NCBI GenBank assembly: GCA_051362555.1
Contig: CM120640.1
Coordinates: forward strand, 4,464,001 to 4,528,000
DNA from: Lingula anatina
Taxonomy: Eukaryota > Animalia > Brachiopoda
Direction of reading: 5' to 3'
Length of the DNA stretch: 64,000 nt
Both the position numbers and the translations under genes were made by a program. Shown one piece after another: positions 40,889 to 53,900 of this stretch. The notes below the pieces were generated by a model. That model was not told the origin of the DNA. It ran no database searches and was given only the letters and a program-made list of their open reading frames with translations. Every line of letters begins with the position of its first letter. The stretch's first letter is position 1.

Positions 40889-41722
40889 GTAAGTTCTGTT
40901 TAGTTTTGTCTTAAGAAAAATGGCACATTGTAATTGATGAGATATAAAGCTATCCTTGCTAAGATCATATCCTGATGACGGTAATGCCTATATTTTTGTG
41001 ATGAGTGATGTTTTTCATTGTTTACTGATCTTAGAATTGTCTGGGATTGGAAGGAAATGATGGGGAAATGACTTCTTCTGAACAATTTACACAGCCACAA
41101 AAATGATAGCTGCAAAAAGCAAGACATTCATGAGGTCAGGTGAACTGGTGATAAACCTAGCTTTTACCAGAAATTGAAAGCTTTTTCAGTACACTTAAGA
41201 TTTAAAAAAAAAAAAGAAAATTGATATTTTTTGGTTACCTGAACATGAGAAACAGGTGCATCTAAAACCCACACCTGTGTTTGATTGTTTTTATTTTCTT
41301 ATGTTTAGTTTCTCTCATGCAGACCTTCTGTTTAAAAGAAAAAAGAGTTCAAATCAGCTCAGTGCATCTGTAAACATTGTGATAAACACTAGTATCCTCA
41401 ATGACCCTGCACTTATGTGTAATAATAAGGAATCAGCTCAGAGTTTCATATGAACCAGTGATATTATACAGGATTCTTGCATACATTAATTAATGACTGA
41501 GCTTGCTGTGGGATGTTTGTTATTTCATTGTGAGCCAATGATTAGGTTCTAGGAAAGAATATATTATTGATGCTGATTTTGAACATTTTGGTTGAACATT
41601 TTTGGTAATAAATTCGAGATTATAGTTGTACATTGGTTTCCAAATCTCTTTATCAGTGAGTCACTTTTCTGGAAATTTGAAATTGGAATGAAAGTCAGGA
41701 CGCTCAAATAAGAATATTATAA

Positions 41723-41923
41723 GGGTGTATTCAGAGCAAGTTGATCCATGGACTAACAGATCCGCGGATCAAATATGGCCAACCCACTTGAAAGCTTGCA
41801 GCATAATCCTCTAATAGACATTGAAGAGATTTTCCAGGGGGATTATGTGGCAAGCTTTCAAGTGGGTCGGCCATATTTGATCTGTTAGAGTTAGTGGATT
41901 AACTTTGGTTGTGCATGTGGCAC
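41723..41923. mobile_element. Palindromic MITE, family C (degenerate), in NCS intron
   Basis: Inverted arms GATCAAATATGGCCAACCCACTTGAAAGCTTGC / GCAAGCTTTCAAGTGGGTCGGCCATATTTGATC and CAAGTTGATCCA / TGGATTAACTT, with TAA on the left. It is homologous to 55675-55864. The right end is approximate. Confidence 0.7.
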
Positions 41924-42331
41924 AAGAGGCAAAGCTGTCTTTTCATATATATCTCTAAAATAGGTCATGTCTTATTTATTTTGAAATGTTGAAACAAAAC
42001 ATATAACTTCTTGTCTGTTTTCCCGTGTAACAAACATCTGTGAGAAATGATATAAGACGGTATTTGAAGGAAACTATCATTAGGGCATATCTGTAAAGGC
42101 AATCTGGTAGCTTAGAGTCATGAGCCATTCCCTAGTTTGAATGAAACTGAGACTTTTTCATCATTTTATATTTTTGTGTTTTGAAAATGCACGTCTTCAG
42201 TTTTATGCAGCTTCTTGTTATTGATTTTTATGGCAAGGTTTTAGAGATATTAATCAAGTGAGTTAGGCCCATTTTGGGAAATTAGTTCCATTGTGCAACC
42301 ATTTATATTTCTAATCCATTTAATATTTGTT

Positions 42332-42333
<2 letters not shown>

Positions 42334-42418
<85 letters not shown>
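42334..42418. repeat. Compound (GT)n(GA)n microsatellite
   Basis: Seen directly; it explains four spurious ORFs in the track. Confidence 0.95.
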
Positions 42419-43334
42419 CAAGAAAGCAATAGTGGGAGAGCATGCATTAATGTCTTTTTTCTGTTTTGTTATAGATATAGATATAAATATCTGTTTTGTT
42501 ATAGATAAAGATAAGAAAATATGCACACATCACACAACTCCCTGTATATATTATATATTATATATGGCTCATTATGTGTAAATTATCATCTGGGAAACTC
42601 GTAATCAGATTTTAAATTGGAACCATTGATGATTGAACAGGATTATTGATTAAATTTTCTGCTGCTTGGGTGATAGCAGATTGTTTCACTGTGTCAATTT
42701 TGGGTGAAAAGCCAGTAAGTGTTAACACAAAGTGTTGAGAGTTTTTCCACTGAAAGATGTTCAGATCTGCCTTGCATTTATCAATATCGTGTGGTATGGC
42801 TCCCCATCCATTTGTTAACAAATCTTTTACTGCTTACGTAAGGACTATCCACTTCTACATCATGCAGTGCTGTATATCATACCAAGCTGTAGAACTACAT
42901 ATAATTAGTAATCCGGCTTTAACTGACTGATGTAGGACTGGTATTTTCTGACAGGCACTTATACGTCATAACTAAGGCTTAAACTTGTGTTAGTAACTTT
43001 TGTACAACATGCTGTCTAACCATGCCCTGCAAATCAACTGTCTGGCTCGTTTTCTGCCCATCCTGTTTTTAGTTTATCTTAACCTAAGTTTTTTCTTATA
43101 CCATCTTGAAGTAATCCATGATTTGCAGACAGATATGTGGATCTTGTTAGACCCTGCTTATCATTTCATAGATGTCTTTTTCATTTCTGTTGGTGAATAC
43201 CTGCTAATGATATAGCCCAAACTAACATAAAATTTATTGTATTGTATATCATACTGTAAACAAAAGTTCATACAATCCATTGGAACATAGTCAAATTTTT
43301 GGCTTTCTGTAAATTCTGAGTCCATCCTTGAGCC

Positions 43335-43660
43335 ATGATCACACTGCAGTATAGCTCAGTCCATGTTCATATTGCAGTACTGCTCAGTTCATGTTCACAC
43401 TGCAGTATAGCTCAGTTCATGTTCACACTGCAGTATAGCTCAGTTCATGTTCACACTGCAGTATAGCTCAGTTCATGTTCATACTGCAGTATTGCTCAGT
43501 TCATGTTCACACTGCAGTATAGCTCAGTGCATGTTCACACTGCAGTATAGCTCAGTTCATGTTCACACTGCAGTATTGCTCAGTTCATGTTCACACTGCA
43601 GTATAGCTCAGTTCATGTTCATACTGCAGTATGGCTCAGTTCATGTTCATACTGCAGTAT
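43335..43660. repeat. 28-bp minisatellite (about 11.5 units) in NCS intron
   Basis: Unit ATGTTCACACTGCAGTATAGCTCAGTTC repeated head-to-tail with few substitutions. Confidence 0.95.
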
Positions 43661-44085
43661 TTCTGAGTCCAGAAAATTGTACTCACTAGGTGAAAAGGAC
43701 CTAATGTGCTCACAAGTTGCACCAAAATGACCTCTGTACTATTTGCATAGGTTGAAAGAAGAAACCAACAAAAATGACTGCCCAACACGATATATTTCAT
43801 TGTGCTACTTGTAATTTTTATAATTGTCACGCAACAAGGTGAAACCTATTATTTGGGTTGAATGTTTGCATGCAGTCAATTTTCTCACACTTATTCTAAT
43901 TTTATTGCTTAGATAACTGGTAGGTCTAAGTAGAGTAGCTTTAGTTACATACTCTGTGCAGTTTGATAAAATCACTTATGTAGTCAGTTTTATCATAAAT
44001 AAATGTGTATTTGAAGAGATATAAACATAGTCAAGGGTTCTTATAAATGGATAAACTGATTTCTCATTATCTGTTTTCTTTTCAG

Positions 44086-44358
44086 AGAGATTGTCCTACT
44101 GGACAGCTAAGTCGCACTAAGTTCCTGCAGGTGTATTCTGAATTTTTCCCCAGTGGTAACGCGGAGGAATTCTGTGAACATGTATTCAGAACTTTTGATA
44201 CGGACAATAGTGGGAGAATTGACTTTAGTGAATTCCTATTGGCTATCAATATCACTTCATCAGGAGAGCCCAAAGATAAGCTCAACTGGGCATTCTCCAT
44301 GTACGACATCAATGCAGACGGAACAATAGAAAAGAAAGAGATGGTGCAGATTATAAGG
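44086..44358 (+). CDS. Neuronal calcium sensor (NCS-2-like), coding exon 2
   Basis: Acceptor CTGTTTTCTTTTCAG|. Encodes RDCPTGQL (inactive EF1 with CPxG), EF2 [21 protein letters not shown] and EF3 [12 protein letters not shown]. The donor is AGG|GTAAAT in phase 0. Confidence 0.97.
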
Positions 44359-44888
44359 GTAAATATTTCTGTAAATAGTTTACTAAATACTAGATTGGCT
44401 AAGAACAAGATTTGCTTCATCTAAATGTATTTTCACTAAAGAGGAGGCTGAATGTGCATCCTTGTCTGTGGAAATGTACTTTGGATGAAGCATGTCCGAT
44501 CTTTTCAGTAGCTTCTCTTCTCCCAGTGTACTTAGTATGTTTTCTGTCATTTTGCTTTGGAAGAAAAAGAGCCATTAGCTCAATGTCAGTGTAATTGGAT
44601 ATATAGCAAGCAGTCTCGGGAGTTAATTCAATGAAAAAACAATGTTAGGTCTGAGGGGACTCCTCAGGTGGCACTTCCCTACTTAGGGTCTATTGTCATT
44701 GACGTGTTAAGTGTTCATTTTCAACAGCCCTTCACTGAAAATTGCCCCCAAAGAAGCAGATAATTTTGGCCACCGAGATGAAAATTATAGCAGTTCAAAT
44801 ATGACAAAGTATTTTCAGAGTAATTTACACTGCTTGCGTCTCAGGAATGAAGTACCAGCACTTAGTTAATCTATACAGGGGATAATAA

Positions 44889-45115
44889 GACTGGGTTCCC
44901 ATACCTAGATTGATCTAACAGTATCGATCCATCTCCAAGGGGTTTGTCTCTAAATTGCTTTCAGCTTAAGTGGCTTTGATGATAATTAATTACTCCTTAG
45001 CAGCTTCAGTAGATGTGACAGACATCAAAGCTACTTAGTTGATTGCAATTTAGAGAGAATCCCCTCAGAGATAGATCGATCCACAGTTAGTACGACAGGG
45101 TCTGGGAATTGTCCC
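44889..45115 (+). mobile_element. PIF/Harbinger-type MITE, family B (related to family A)
   Basis: Runs GACTGGGTTCCCA...TGGGAATTGTCCC and is flanked by TAA on both sides. It is homologous to 59423-59673 and shares CTAAATTGCT(T/G)TCAGC and GATAGATCGAT blocks with family A. Confidence 0.8.
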
Positions 45116-46572
45116 TAAGTCCAGCCATGAAGTATTGCTGGTGGTAACATATCTACATGTAAACTTCCGTGTAAAAGAACTTCTGTGGCATGCACCCTAA
45201 GTGGTGATTTGATAATCTGCAGATTCATGGAAAAGCAAGAAATTGTTTCAAAAAGTTTTGGTACAGACTGTTCTCCATCCAACCAGTCTTGCAAGAGAAA
45301 TAACCCAATAAGTCTTTTTATCTCTAACCCATAGATGGAATTAGGTACCTTCTTACTTTTTCAAGCTCAAATATTTTGTTAATTGTATAAAGTTACATCT
45401 AAAACATCTTGAAAGATATGTCTTAAACATCTTGAAAGATTGAAATATATTGCATCCATGTTCAGTCACCATGTTAGTTTGTCACAGACACTTTACTTCT
45501 GGGGTCTTAAACATGCAAATGAGATCGCATCATCTGCTTCAGATACGGATTAATCAAGTCTCTCAATTTGCTGTTAATCTTAATGTTTTGATATATGTTA
45601 GTATGTTCACACAGTGGACTGTTTGGATAGCTCTGTGTATACTATTTCTACCAGTTAAGCACTGTTTACCCCATTCCTCTCCTGTTAAAACACATAAAGG
45701 ATAAATCTATTGGAATGATGCAAATTTCCGAGAGCCAGTGCACTATAGATAATTATTTGCTTAAGTCATTTCAGTGTGATAGAACAGATAATAGAATGTC
45801 AATACTTTATCTTGTGTAAAAGCAGTCAACTTTTCCTAATATGTTTACTTCATTACCTGCTGCAGTAACTTCTGGGATAAAATGATCTGAAATGTCTTTC
45901 AGGGTTTGCACTCAGGGGCTTCTGTCATGTTTTGTCTAGATGGCTGTTATATTTTGGCCAAAAGCAAAAAAGATGTATTCTTTTTTTTTTTTTTTTCATA
46001 CAAAGGAAAAAAATGCAAAATGTTGGAAATAGAATATGGTAATAGGAAAATGCATTCCATTGGTAACACAAACATGCTATAAGCATGTGAAAATGTGCAT
46101 CTCCTAGGTGTAGGAATATTTTCCTTTATGAAATAAAACTTCTGGGAATTGAAATGTGAAACGTAAGAATTTACATTAAGATGTCTCATCATCAAGTCTA
46201 GTCAAATCCTGGCAGTGTGTTTGTATTGTATTTGGGTAAATTGAACATTCTGTGGTATTTTATTAATCTGTCTCCATCTGCAAATCAAACCCAGACTAAA
46301 AGATGAAAAACCTTTTAGTAATAAAGGGCAAGATGCCTGGGTATTTCAAGTAATAACAAATATGGCTGAATTTGAGATTCAGCTGGGTCTTTTTTTTATG
46401 AAGTCAAAGTTGTGTGATTAATGCGAACTGCTGTTGTTGCTCTATATTAGTATTCCATACATGTTTCCAGTAAGAGCCATTATTCTGGAGCAAACATCTA
46501 CTTTGAAAAATAATATGCATACCGAGGGAGGTTTTAATTTAAACATTTATAGATGTCTTCTCCTATTTTTAG

Positions 46573-46770
46573 GCAATTTATAAGATGGTTGGCCACGAAG
46601 GAGTGGAATCTGACACACCAGAAGATCGCACCAACCAGATATTTGATAAGATGGACATAAACAAAGATGGTGTCCTTACTAAGGATGAGTTTATCAATGG
46701 ATGCATGAATGATGAATTCCTGTGCAGGATGCTCACGGCAGATACCAAGGGACCAGACGGCTTAAAATAA
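46573..46770 (+). CDS. Neuronal calcium sensor (NCS-2-like), coding exon 3 (terminal)
   Basis: Acceptor CTTCTCCTATTTTTAG|. Encodes AIYKMVG...TPEDRTNQIFDKM, EF4 DINKDGVLTKDE and FINGC...GLK*. The three exons join in frame to 195 aa. Confidence 0.97.
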   Translation, partial: AIYKMVGHEGVESDTPEDRTNQIFDKMDINKDGVLTKDEFINGCMNDEFLCRMLTADTKGPDGLK

Positions 46771-48650
46771 GAATGCAAGCAGAAACATCAGGCCAGCAGG
46801 CAAAAATGCAAAACATGAGCATTATTTGGCACAGATATTAACATTCTACTAATGAAAGAAGAGCAACAGAGCAGTCTGGAGGAAGCATCTGCAACAGCAG
46901 CCATTTTAACCATTTCTACCATTTTTTTTTGTCCATGACTGAATTTACTTTGTATTTTATATGTATGTTGTAACCAACTTCTATTATGTAAGCTTCACTT
47001 AAAGCATCACATCTAACTGATAGGGTTTGCTTAGAAGGAGCATGTTAATGACAACACAAAATATCCTAGTGGAAAACTGCCTCTTAACTGTAATGTTATC
47101 TTGACTTTTATGAGAATGTTGATGGATGTAGTGATCCAAATAATGTGGTAGTTGTTCAAGCACAATGAGTGTCACAGCAAACACAATCATGTAGAAGACC
47201 GCACTAAGCTTGACAAATACAATCTAAAAAAGTGAGTGGAAGGTTGTTTTTAAAAGATAATGTTCTTAAGACAGATTTATTTGTAGAAAAAAATCTGTAC
47301 TACAGGTAGGGTTTTTTTCAGTTTTCTAAAAAAAGAAACAATACATATTTGGCTGAAGGCTAGTTAGTGTTCTTTTAGAGGTCAAAACTGACAGCTTCTA
47401 GGTATTTTTCCAATGAATTTACTGGTATAATGGATGCTTGACTCCAGTTTTTAAAAATGTTGTGGTTGTGACTTGTATGTAGTAGTAAATGTAGACATAT
47501 AACAACTTACATGTACTTTTGAAAACAATGGATAAGTGTTGCGTAGCACGCACAGGGAGTGGTATGAAGCAATATGGCTAGTTTTTATTGAAAGTATTTA
47601 AAAGATGGGCGGGTAGTGAATAGGACTCTTGTTAACTGAAGGAGGACAAATAATGCATTTAAGATCTCGCATAAAAAACTGTTTTATAGCTATTGACATG
47701 TGACGAGAGGAGAAAATCTAACATATGCAGCATCTGATAACACATTGCAGACCATACCTTGAAACATTCATGTTGTGTTTATAAGTTGTTGCTTTATGTG
47801 CAAATATATATAGATATATATTTACTTGTAGTAGGTAGTTCTGATTTTAGCTAGAGGAACACGTCATCATGTTGTCAATTAACTCAAGTTATTTTAACTT
47901 GTCTTGAATTATTTGGAGATGTCTTAACAGTGTATAACCTTTCTCTTGGTAACAGAGTTGATGCTTACCTTTGTTTGAATTTTAGGGTAAAACTTAAGGG
48001 ATTTTAGACTAAGATATTTCTTTATAAATTAGCTGCAACAGCTTCCTTTTGCTGAAAGATGTGATAGATAAGCAGATCACGATGCACTGTCTGTGAATCT
48101 TGACTATTTTAAGCTGCCTGGAAGTCTTCTGACTATAAGATGGTATAGATAATAACAGGCATACTGGATTGCACTGGGGTCCAGAGTTCCAGACTCACAG
48201 GAAATGATGGCAGCAGCCCACAAAATGGCACAAGAGAACACAGAAGAAAAAGACAGCATGGCTGGTATACAAGGAATATCAGTTGTGCCATTTCATCAGA
48301 GTTGAAGATGACAAAAACATATCTGGCACATTGGTTTGAAAATAAAGCTATATCATTCATATTCCTTACATATATAGAAATATCAATTTTCTTCAAATTG
48401 GCTGTGTGGCACTGTATAGTTAGTTGCCATGGAGATGTAAACATCAAGTTGCGTGTAAATGAGAAACCATTCAGCTGTGAACATTGTGAGGGCAGTCGTA
48501 CTGTTAGCAGATACTTCAAGATGTCATCTAGTATATTGATGCCAGGGAGAGACCACATCTGGCATCCTGTCGACCATTTGTAGTCCAGTTTCAATTTAGC
48601 TTAGTTTACACATCTTTCAGTATAATAAAAACTACAGTATAACCATCCTT
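46771..48650 (+). other. Probable NCS 3' UTR to a candidate polyadenylation signal
   Basis: AT-rich sequence after the stop codon, with AATAAA near 48624 followed by a T/GT-rich downstream element. The end point is inferred; a further AATAAA lies near 53346. Confidence 0.4.
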
Positions 48651-49016
48651 ATTTCTTGGTTTTTATTTTCAAAACTTTGGCCTTGTCTAGGACCCATGGA
48701 GGCATTGTCACTGAACATTACAGTGCAACTTTACTTGAATACTATATCTGAAGAAACTGTCTCTATCTTATTTCCAAGCAGAATCAGATTCTGTTACGTT
48801 TTTACGAAAATTTGGCGCCACCCAGATATGTGGTTCTTCTGATTAAGACTGGGCAAATTCAGATGAAATGTGTATTTCCTTTGGTTGGTATTTGTAAGTT
48901 TTTGCCAATTTTTTCACAAAAAATACAAGTACATTGTTTGATTTTGATGCCATCAATTTTTTTTTTTTTTATTGTACCATGGTCTTATTTGAACAACAGA
49001 TATTTCTTAAATAGTG

Positions 49017-49180
49017 CAGGGGTGGATTGAGGCCATCTTCTGGGTCTTCCAGAAGTTGGTCAGATTTTCAAGATTACATTGACGGGTATCTAATTTTTTC
49101 TGATGGAAGATTGTCAAAAATGGATGGATCAACAAAGATTATTTGGAAGACTGTCAGAAAATATCTGTGGATCCGCCCTG
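49017..49180. mobile_element. MITE, CAG...CTG type with 5-bp TSD
   Basis: Ends CAGGGGTGGATT / GGATCCGCCCTG, flanked by TAGTG (49012-49016) and TAGTG (49181-49185). Same terminal type as 725-934. Confidence 0.7.
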
Positions 49181-50162
49181 TAGTGGGTGTGATTCAATGC
49201 AAAATTGTTTCTGGATGCAATTTGATCAAAATTGATATCTTATTTGTGCCCAAAGATATGTTAAAACTACACATACATGAACTGGTTACCATCAGCAGAA
49301 ACATAGTAGCCTATGGTCACAGTGAATGTCCATATGTTAGGGTGTCATTGAGCGCCTTTTCGTCTCCCACCACACATTGATTTTCAGAACACAGTTTACG
49401 GCCAGGATTACAGAACTATTCCTGTTCTACTAATGCTGCCATATGCATAGAGAGATGTTTGATGTACAATAATATTGCTGTGGGACTGTGTAAAGAGTAT
49501 TGAATTTCCCACAAAAATCTATTGGTTCATTTTGAATCACCAGATAAGCCGCAAATGAGCTTGGATCTTTAGTTCTGAACATACAAGATTGATTGCAGTT
49601 CTTTGAGTGATTCACACTTAGATTTTATATACGTGATTTAAGTGATCTAAGTTACCCACACACATGCAGACACACACACATGCACGCGCAATCTCTCTCT
49701 CTCTTTCTCTCTCTTCTCTCTCTCTCATGTAATACTATATACTTTGTATGTGAGTCTCAATCAGTTTCTTATACCATGTACAGATTTCAGTTGCCACATG
49801 TAGGAGAGGTTTTGTTTTAGGTGACAAGTGCCAAACAAATAATCATATTTTGTAAGACATTTTTCAGAATTGAACTTAACACATTTTTTTATACCACCAA
49901 TCCATATAGTCTAAAAGCAAAGCCTTGTATTTCACCACAGATACTGATAACAGAGGCCTCTGGGAATTCCTTCATCCAGGTATGAACATTTTCTTGCCAT
50001 TGGGGGATTTCATCCCTTTTAAGCAAATAAGAGTCTAGAATGTCGTCTGATTTAGCATGAAATCTAAAAAAAATGGGGAATACAGGGTACTCAGAGTTTT
50101 CCTCCATCTTTGCCAATTTCTGTTCCCATCCCTGTTCATCTCAACTGTTGCATTAATAGGAT

Positions 50163-50321
50163 GGAGGCTGCAGCAATAGTCTGAACGTTCAATAGTCCGA
50201 AGGGTCATTGGACCGAATGTTCACTACAGAACCTTCGGACCAAGGAACCATTGATTGAAAAACCAATGAAAATGTTTCCGTTTTTCGGACCAATGAACCT
50301 TCAGAATATCGAGAGGCCCCC
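50163..50321. mobile_element. Degenerate MITE-like element built of inverted short subterminal repeats
   Basis: The left half has repeats like CATTGGACCGAA / AATAGTCCGAA and the right half has the complements TTCGGACCAATG / TTCGGACCAAGG. It is CpG-retaining. Termini and TSD are unclear. Confidence 0.5.
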
Positions 50322-50806
50322 ATAAAATGTGTAGACTGAATGTGCATGCATTATATAGTAAACCCTAATGTAGGTGTGGGTCAGCCTGGTAAAAGAAACA
50401 TCATCATAGCATGTACCGCATTACTATAGCCATAGAGAGAATATCTTCACAGGATATTCATAGATATTTCTTTGGTAAATACTACACACATATCTGTACT
50501 GTGTCCATCAAGAAAGTTTTTCAAAAAAAAAACAGACTGGATCACCGAGCTAACATCTGACAGCAGAGAGCTTCCACAGCCAGTGGGTACTGAGGGTAAA
50601 CTGGAGGCAGAGGGTCACATGAAGATACAATCTGACATTTATACATTGATGTGCATTGGTTAATAGGTTTCTAGAAATAGTTGTTTTATCCGAGATTGAT
50701 TTGAAGCATCCTCTCATTCTAAATTTACGGCTAGGTTTAAAAAATGGGCTAAATATGATGGTTCTAAACATCTAACCAGATAAAAGAATCTGCTAAATAC
50801 AAGCTA

Positions 50807-50952
50807 TATGTGAAATGTTATGAGATTGAACTTTTCACTTTCCTTACTAAATTAAAGCTTTGCCTTACAAATCTTTCGGTCACTCCCTGTAAGTTAAAGC
50901 TTTAATTAAGTGTAGAAAGTGAAAAGTTTAATCTTATAACATTATCAACATA
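50807..50952. repeat. About 145-bp imperfect palindrome (fold-back)
   Basis: ATGTTATGAGATTGAACTTTTCACTTTC...AATTAAAGCTT...CTTACA pairs with TGTAAG...AAGCTTTAATT...GAAAGTGAAAAGTTTAATCTTATAACAT around a loop of about 20 nt. Confidence 0.85.
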
Positions 50953-53900
50953 CTACACAGATGAATTTCCATTAGAACAAGTTGTGTTTGTTTCACATCA
51001 ACAAGAAAAGGAATAAAGGTATTGGAATTGACTGTGTGTTACAAAGGAAAATGAAAAAAGTCGTAAGATACATACATTGGAAATCAAAATGGAAACCAGT
51101 TAGGTAAAAGAAAATGTCAATTTTTCGATAGAAAATAGTCGCTTTGCCCTGTTGATTTACCCTATAAAAGAAATCGTAGATATGAATGAAGTTCCATTTG
51201 TATATGTTGTCCAGGTTCAGATCTTTAAATAAATATTATGAAATGCAGCTTAATGGAACAATGCTGCCACATGATTTTCAAGCTTTTTCTGTCACGTAAG
51301 GAAAAATATCAAGTAGAAATGTCACACTATTCATTTGAGATTGCAAGTAAATGTTAAAGAACAGTGTCCTATTGACAAGATCAAGTCTGCATTCTCGGGT
51401 CCTCGGGTGCTGATGGATTGCAAATATGCATTTGACTGAAAGTCTTCCACAAGACAATAAAGTAACCACTTAGAGCTGGTTCAGGGTTAAAAGCATTGCG
51501 GCTAAGCTTTCCGGGTTAATTACTACATTGTTTGACAGGTAGGCAGAGGAAATGACGGCCGAGTTGTCATATTTTGTTAGATTTCATGCTTGAAAATATA
51601 ATAGACCAAGAAATGAATCATATTCTGATGCCATCTATAAATTATGGCATGCCTTTAAATATATCTGATATGTCAAGTATTAAAAATTCATTGTGTTTCT
51701 ATGAATGTGATGTTGCCAAGGTCTAAATGTGACTGGATCTTTTCTTCCTGTAGTTGTATTGCCAGTGTACAGGTAGTGCAACAGACTGATACAAAATAGG
51801 CATAATGTATGGCTTCTCCGTGTTTCTGTGCGGTAGTATATACTACACTGCCACACACCTGTTCTTATTCTTATGTTTTCACCTGGAAGAACATCTTATA
51901 AATAACTTAAGATGATTTATATTCACCATGAGTGGAGACAATTGCTAATGTTTAGTGTGATTTAGGAATTTGTGGAATATTTTGTAATTGTCATGCAATA
52001 TCTTGTTGTAAGTTATACCTGTAGGACTGCACCATGTTATATATTTTTAACATGATCCTCTCCTTTGTATCATGTGTCAGAAATATTGGGAAAACACTGG
52101 TGTAAAGTATTTTTGCTTTGGTGAGAAAGGACTTCAGTAACTACTGTTATTACACTCTATGCATCTTTGCATGCACATTTGGGAAAAAAAGCCATGCCTT
52201 CACAACCACAAAGCAACTATCATAATTTGGGCTATGGATGATGTATTGTCGAATGAATACATTTTTTGAATATTGCACAAAAAACAGTTTTAAAGAAATA
52301 TCCTGTCTTTTCATAATTTAATGTTTTATTTTAGACACAGTTTGAGTAATTTCTCTTCTTTTATAGAAACAATCAACAGTTATACTTTGAGGTACTGACT
52401 GCAACATTTAATTTTGTTAATGATGCATTGTACTAAACTAGCTTTTTAAGTGAAAATTATTTATCACAAGCCATCATCTTCATTAATTGTCCGTGTCATA
52501 CTCGAGGTCCAGTGTACTTATATCTATTATATTAATAACATATACATGTTAAAGAAATTTGAATTCCTTACCTTTGCCAAAAAAACTATGATCATGAGGC
52601 ATCTTATTAGAGGAACACCAGTAATATAGTTTTTATGAAACAAAAGACTTATTTAGGCATATGACTGAAAGAGATAATTACCTTGCTGTAAATCAATACA
52701 CAATCTTGTAATTTTTTATTTCGTAACATCCATGCACATTGGTGAGCAGAGCTCCATGACATTGGCCCACCAGATGATTCTTCAAAATGGAACTAGTTCC
52801 CAAGTTGAAGTTGAAATATGTCACAGAGAAGCCCTTTATCATAAGACAGCTTATTAGACTGGTGACAGATGCTTATTACACACAAGTTTAATTATTTTAT
52901 CGAAGGTAGAAAAATTAATACCTAATGTGGTTTTGTATACACGCGAGATGGGTTTCATTGCATGTTTTACCAGTCCTAGTCCCACCCTAGGTGTGATGTA
53001 TTTAGAGGTATTTGAAAAAGCTTGATATAAGCACTGTGTTGTTTAAATACACATCCACCAAGTGGATATATGCTGGCTAGAGTAGTTATGAGGGGTTGAT
53101 GATAAACTTTCTGCAGCTGCATTCAGTTGTAACAGTTACAGAGGTTTTGCCTTAACAGTTGGTGTGTTTTTTTGTATGATGGAGAAGCTCCAGGTCCATT
53201 AACTAATAAATGTGGCGTACATGTATTTTTATACAATTGATGTTCTCCTGTTTATACACCTTGTGCAAGCAACAGCTTGGTTTTACATATCAGACGCACC
53301 TTGCATTTTTTTTTCCTATTCACAACCACGTTGTACAATGTAGATAATAAAATATAGATAAAACACATTTTTGTTAATTAGTCAAGTCTGAATATTCACA
53401 TTTGGGACGTAATGATGAGCATCCTGATGTTAAGTTTACATGTGATGACATTTAATACATTTAATTGGTTTTGTTTTCTTAATGATAATTTAAAATGTGA
53501 GTGACATCAGGTAAAATCAGTACAACATCAGAATCCATATCAAATATCCTTGATCTCCAAAATCAGTAACACCTACACGAGGGGTCAAAGTACTATGAAT
53601 GGTTCATCAATATTATTGGTTTTTATATTACCTTCATGTATACACTGTCTGGACAAGGCTTTTGTATTTTTGGTAAGTGCAGCACTGGAGTAATTAGTTT
53701 GGTCCAGTTTTCTGGACTGTCCATAAGGTCAGACACTGTTGTTTTCGGTAGTGGAAAAGGGAATGGGGAGCTGGAAGACTGCTGGTTTTTACTCAGTGCA
53801 GTGTATGTTTTTTGTTGTGATTGCCAAGTTTTTGTTTTTTATGCTTAAAAGACTGGTATCAGTCACTCTGCTTGCATGTCAGGTAACATGAGGTGGTTTT

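Noticed and set aside
42250-42581. ORFs with CV/HT/RE/SL dipeptide runs (also 58572-58884 and 43447-43689)
   Set aside because: These are translations of micro- and minisatellites.
44047-44424. 125-aa ORF as a stand-alone gene, and the antisense 112-aa ORF
   Set aside because: The plus ORF is NCS exon 2 plus intronic read-through on both sides; the minus ORF is its antisense shadow.
48133-48594. Longest non-assigned ORFs (153 aa minus; 93 aa plus containing EKPFSCEHC, resembling a C2H2 linker)
   Set aside because: There are no correctly spaced histidines or second finger, the starts are non-ATG, and the region lies in the probable NCS 3' UTR. Consistent with chance.
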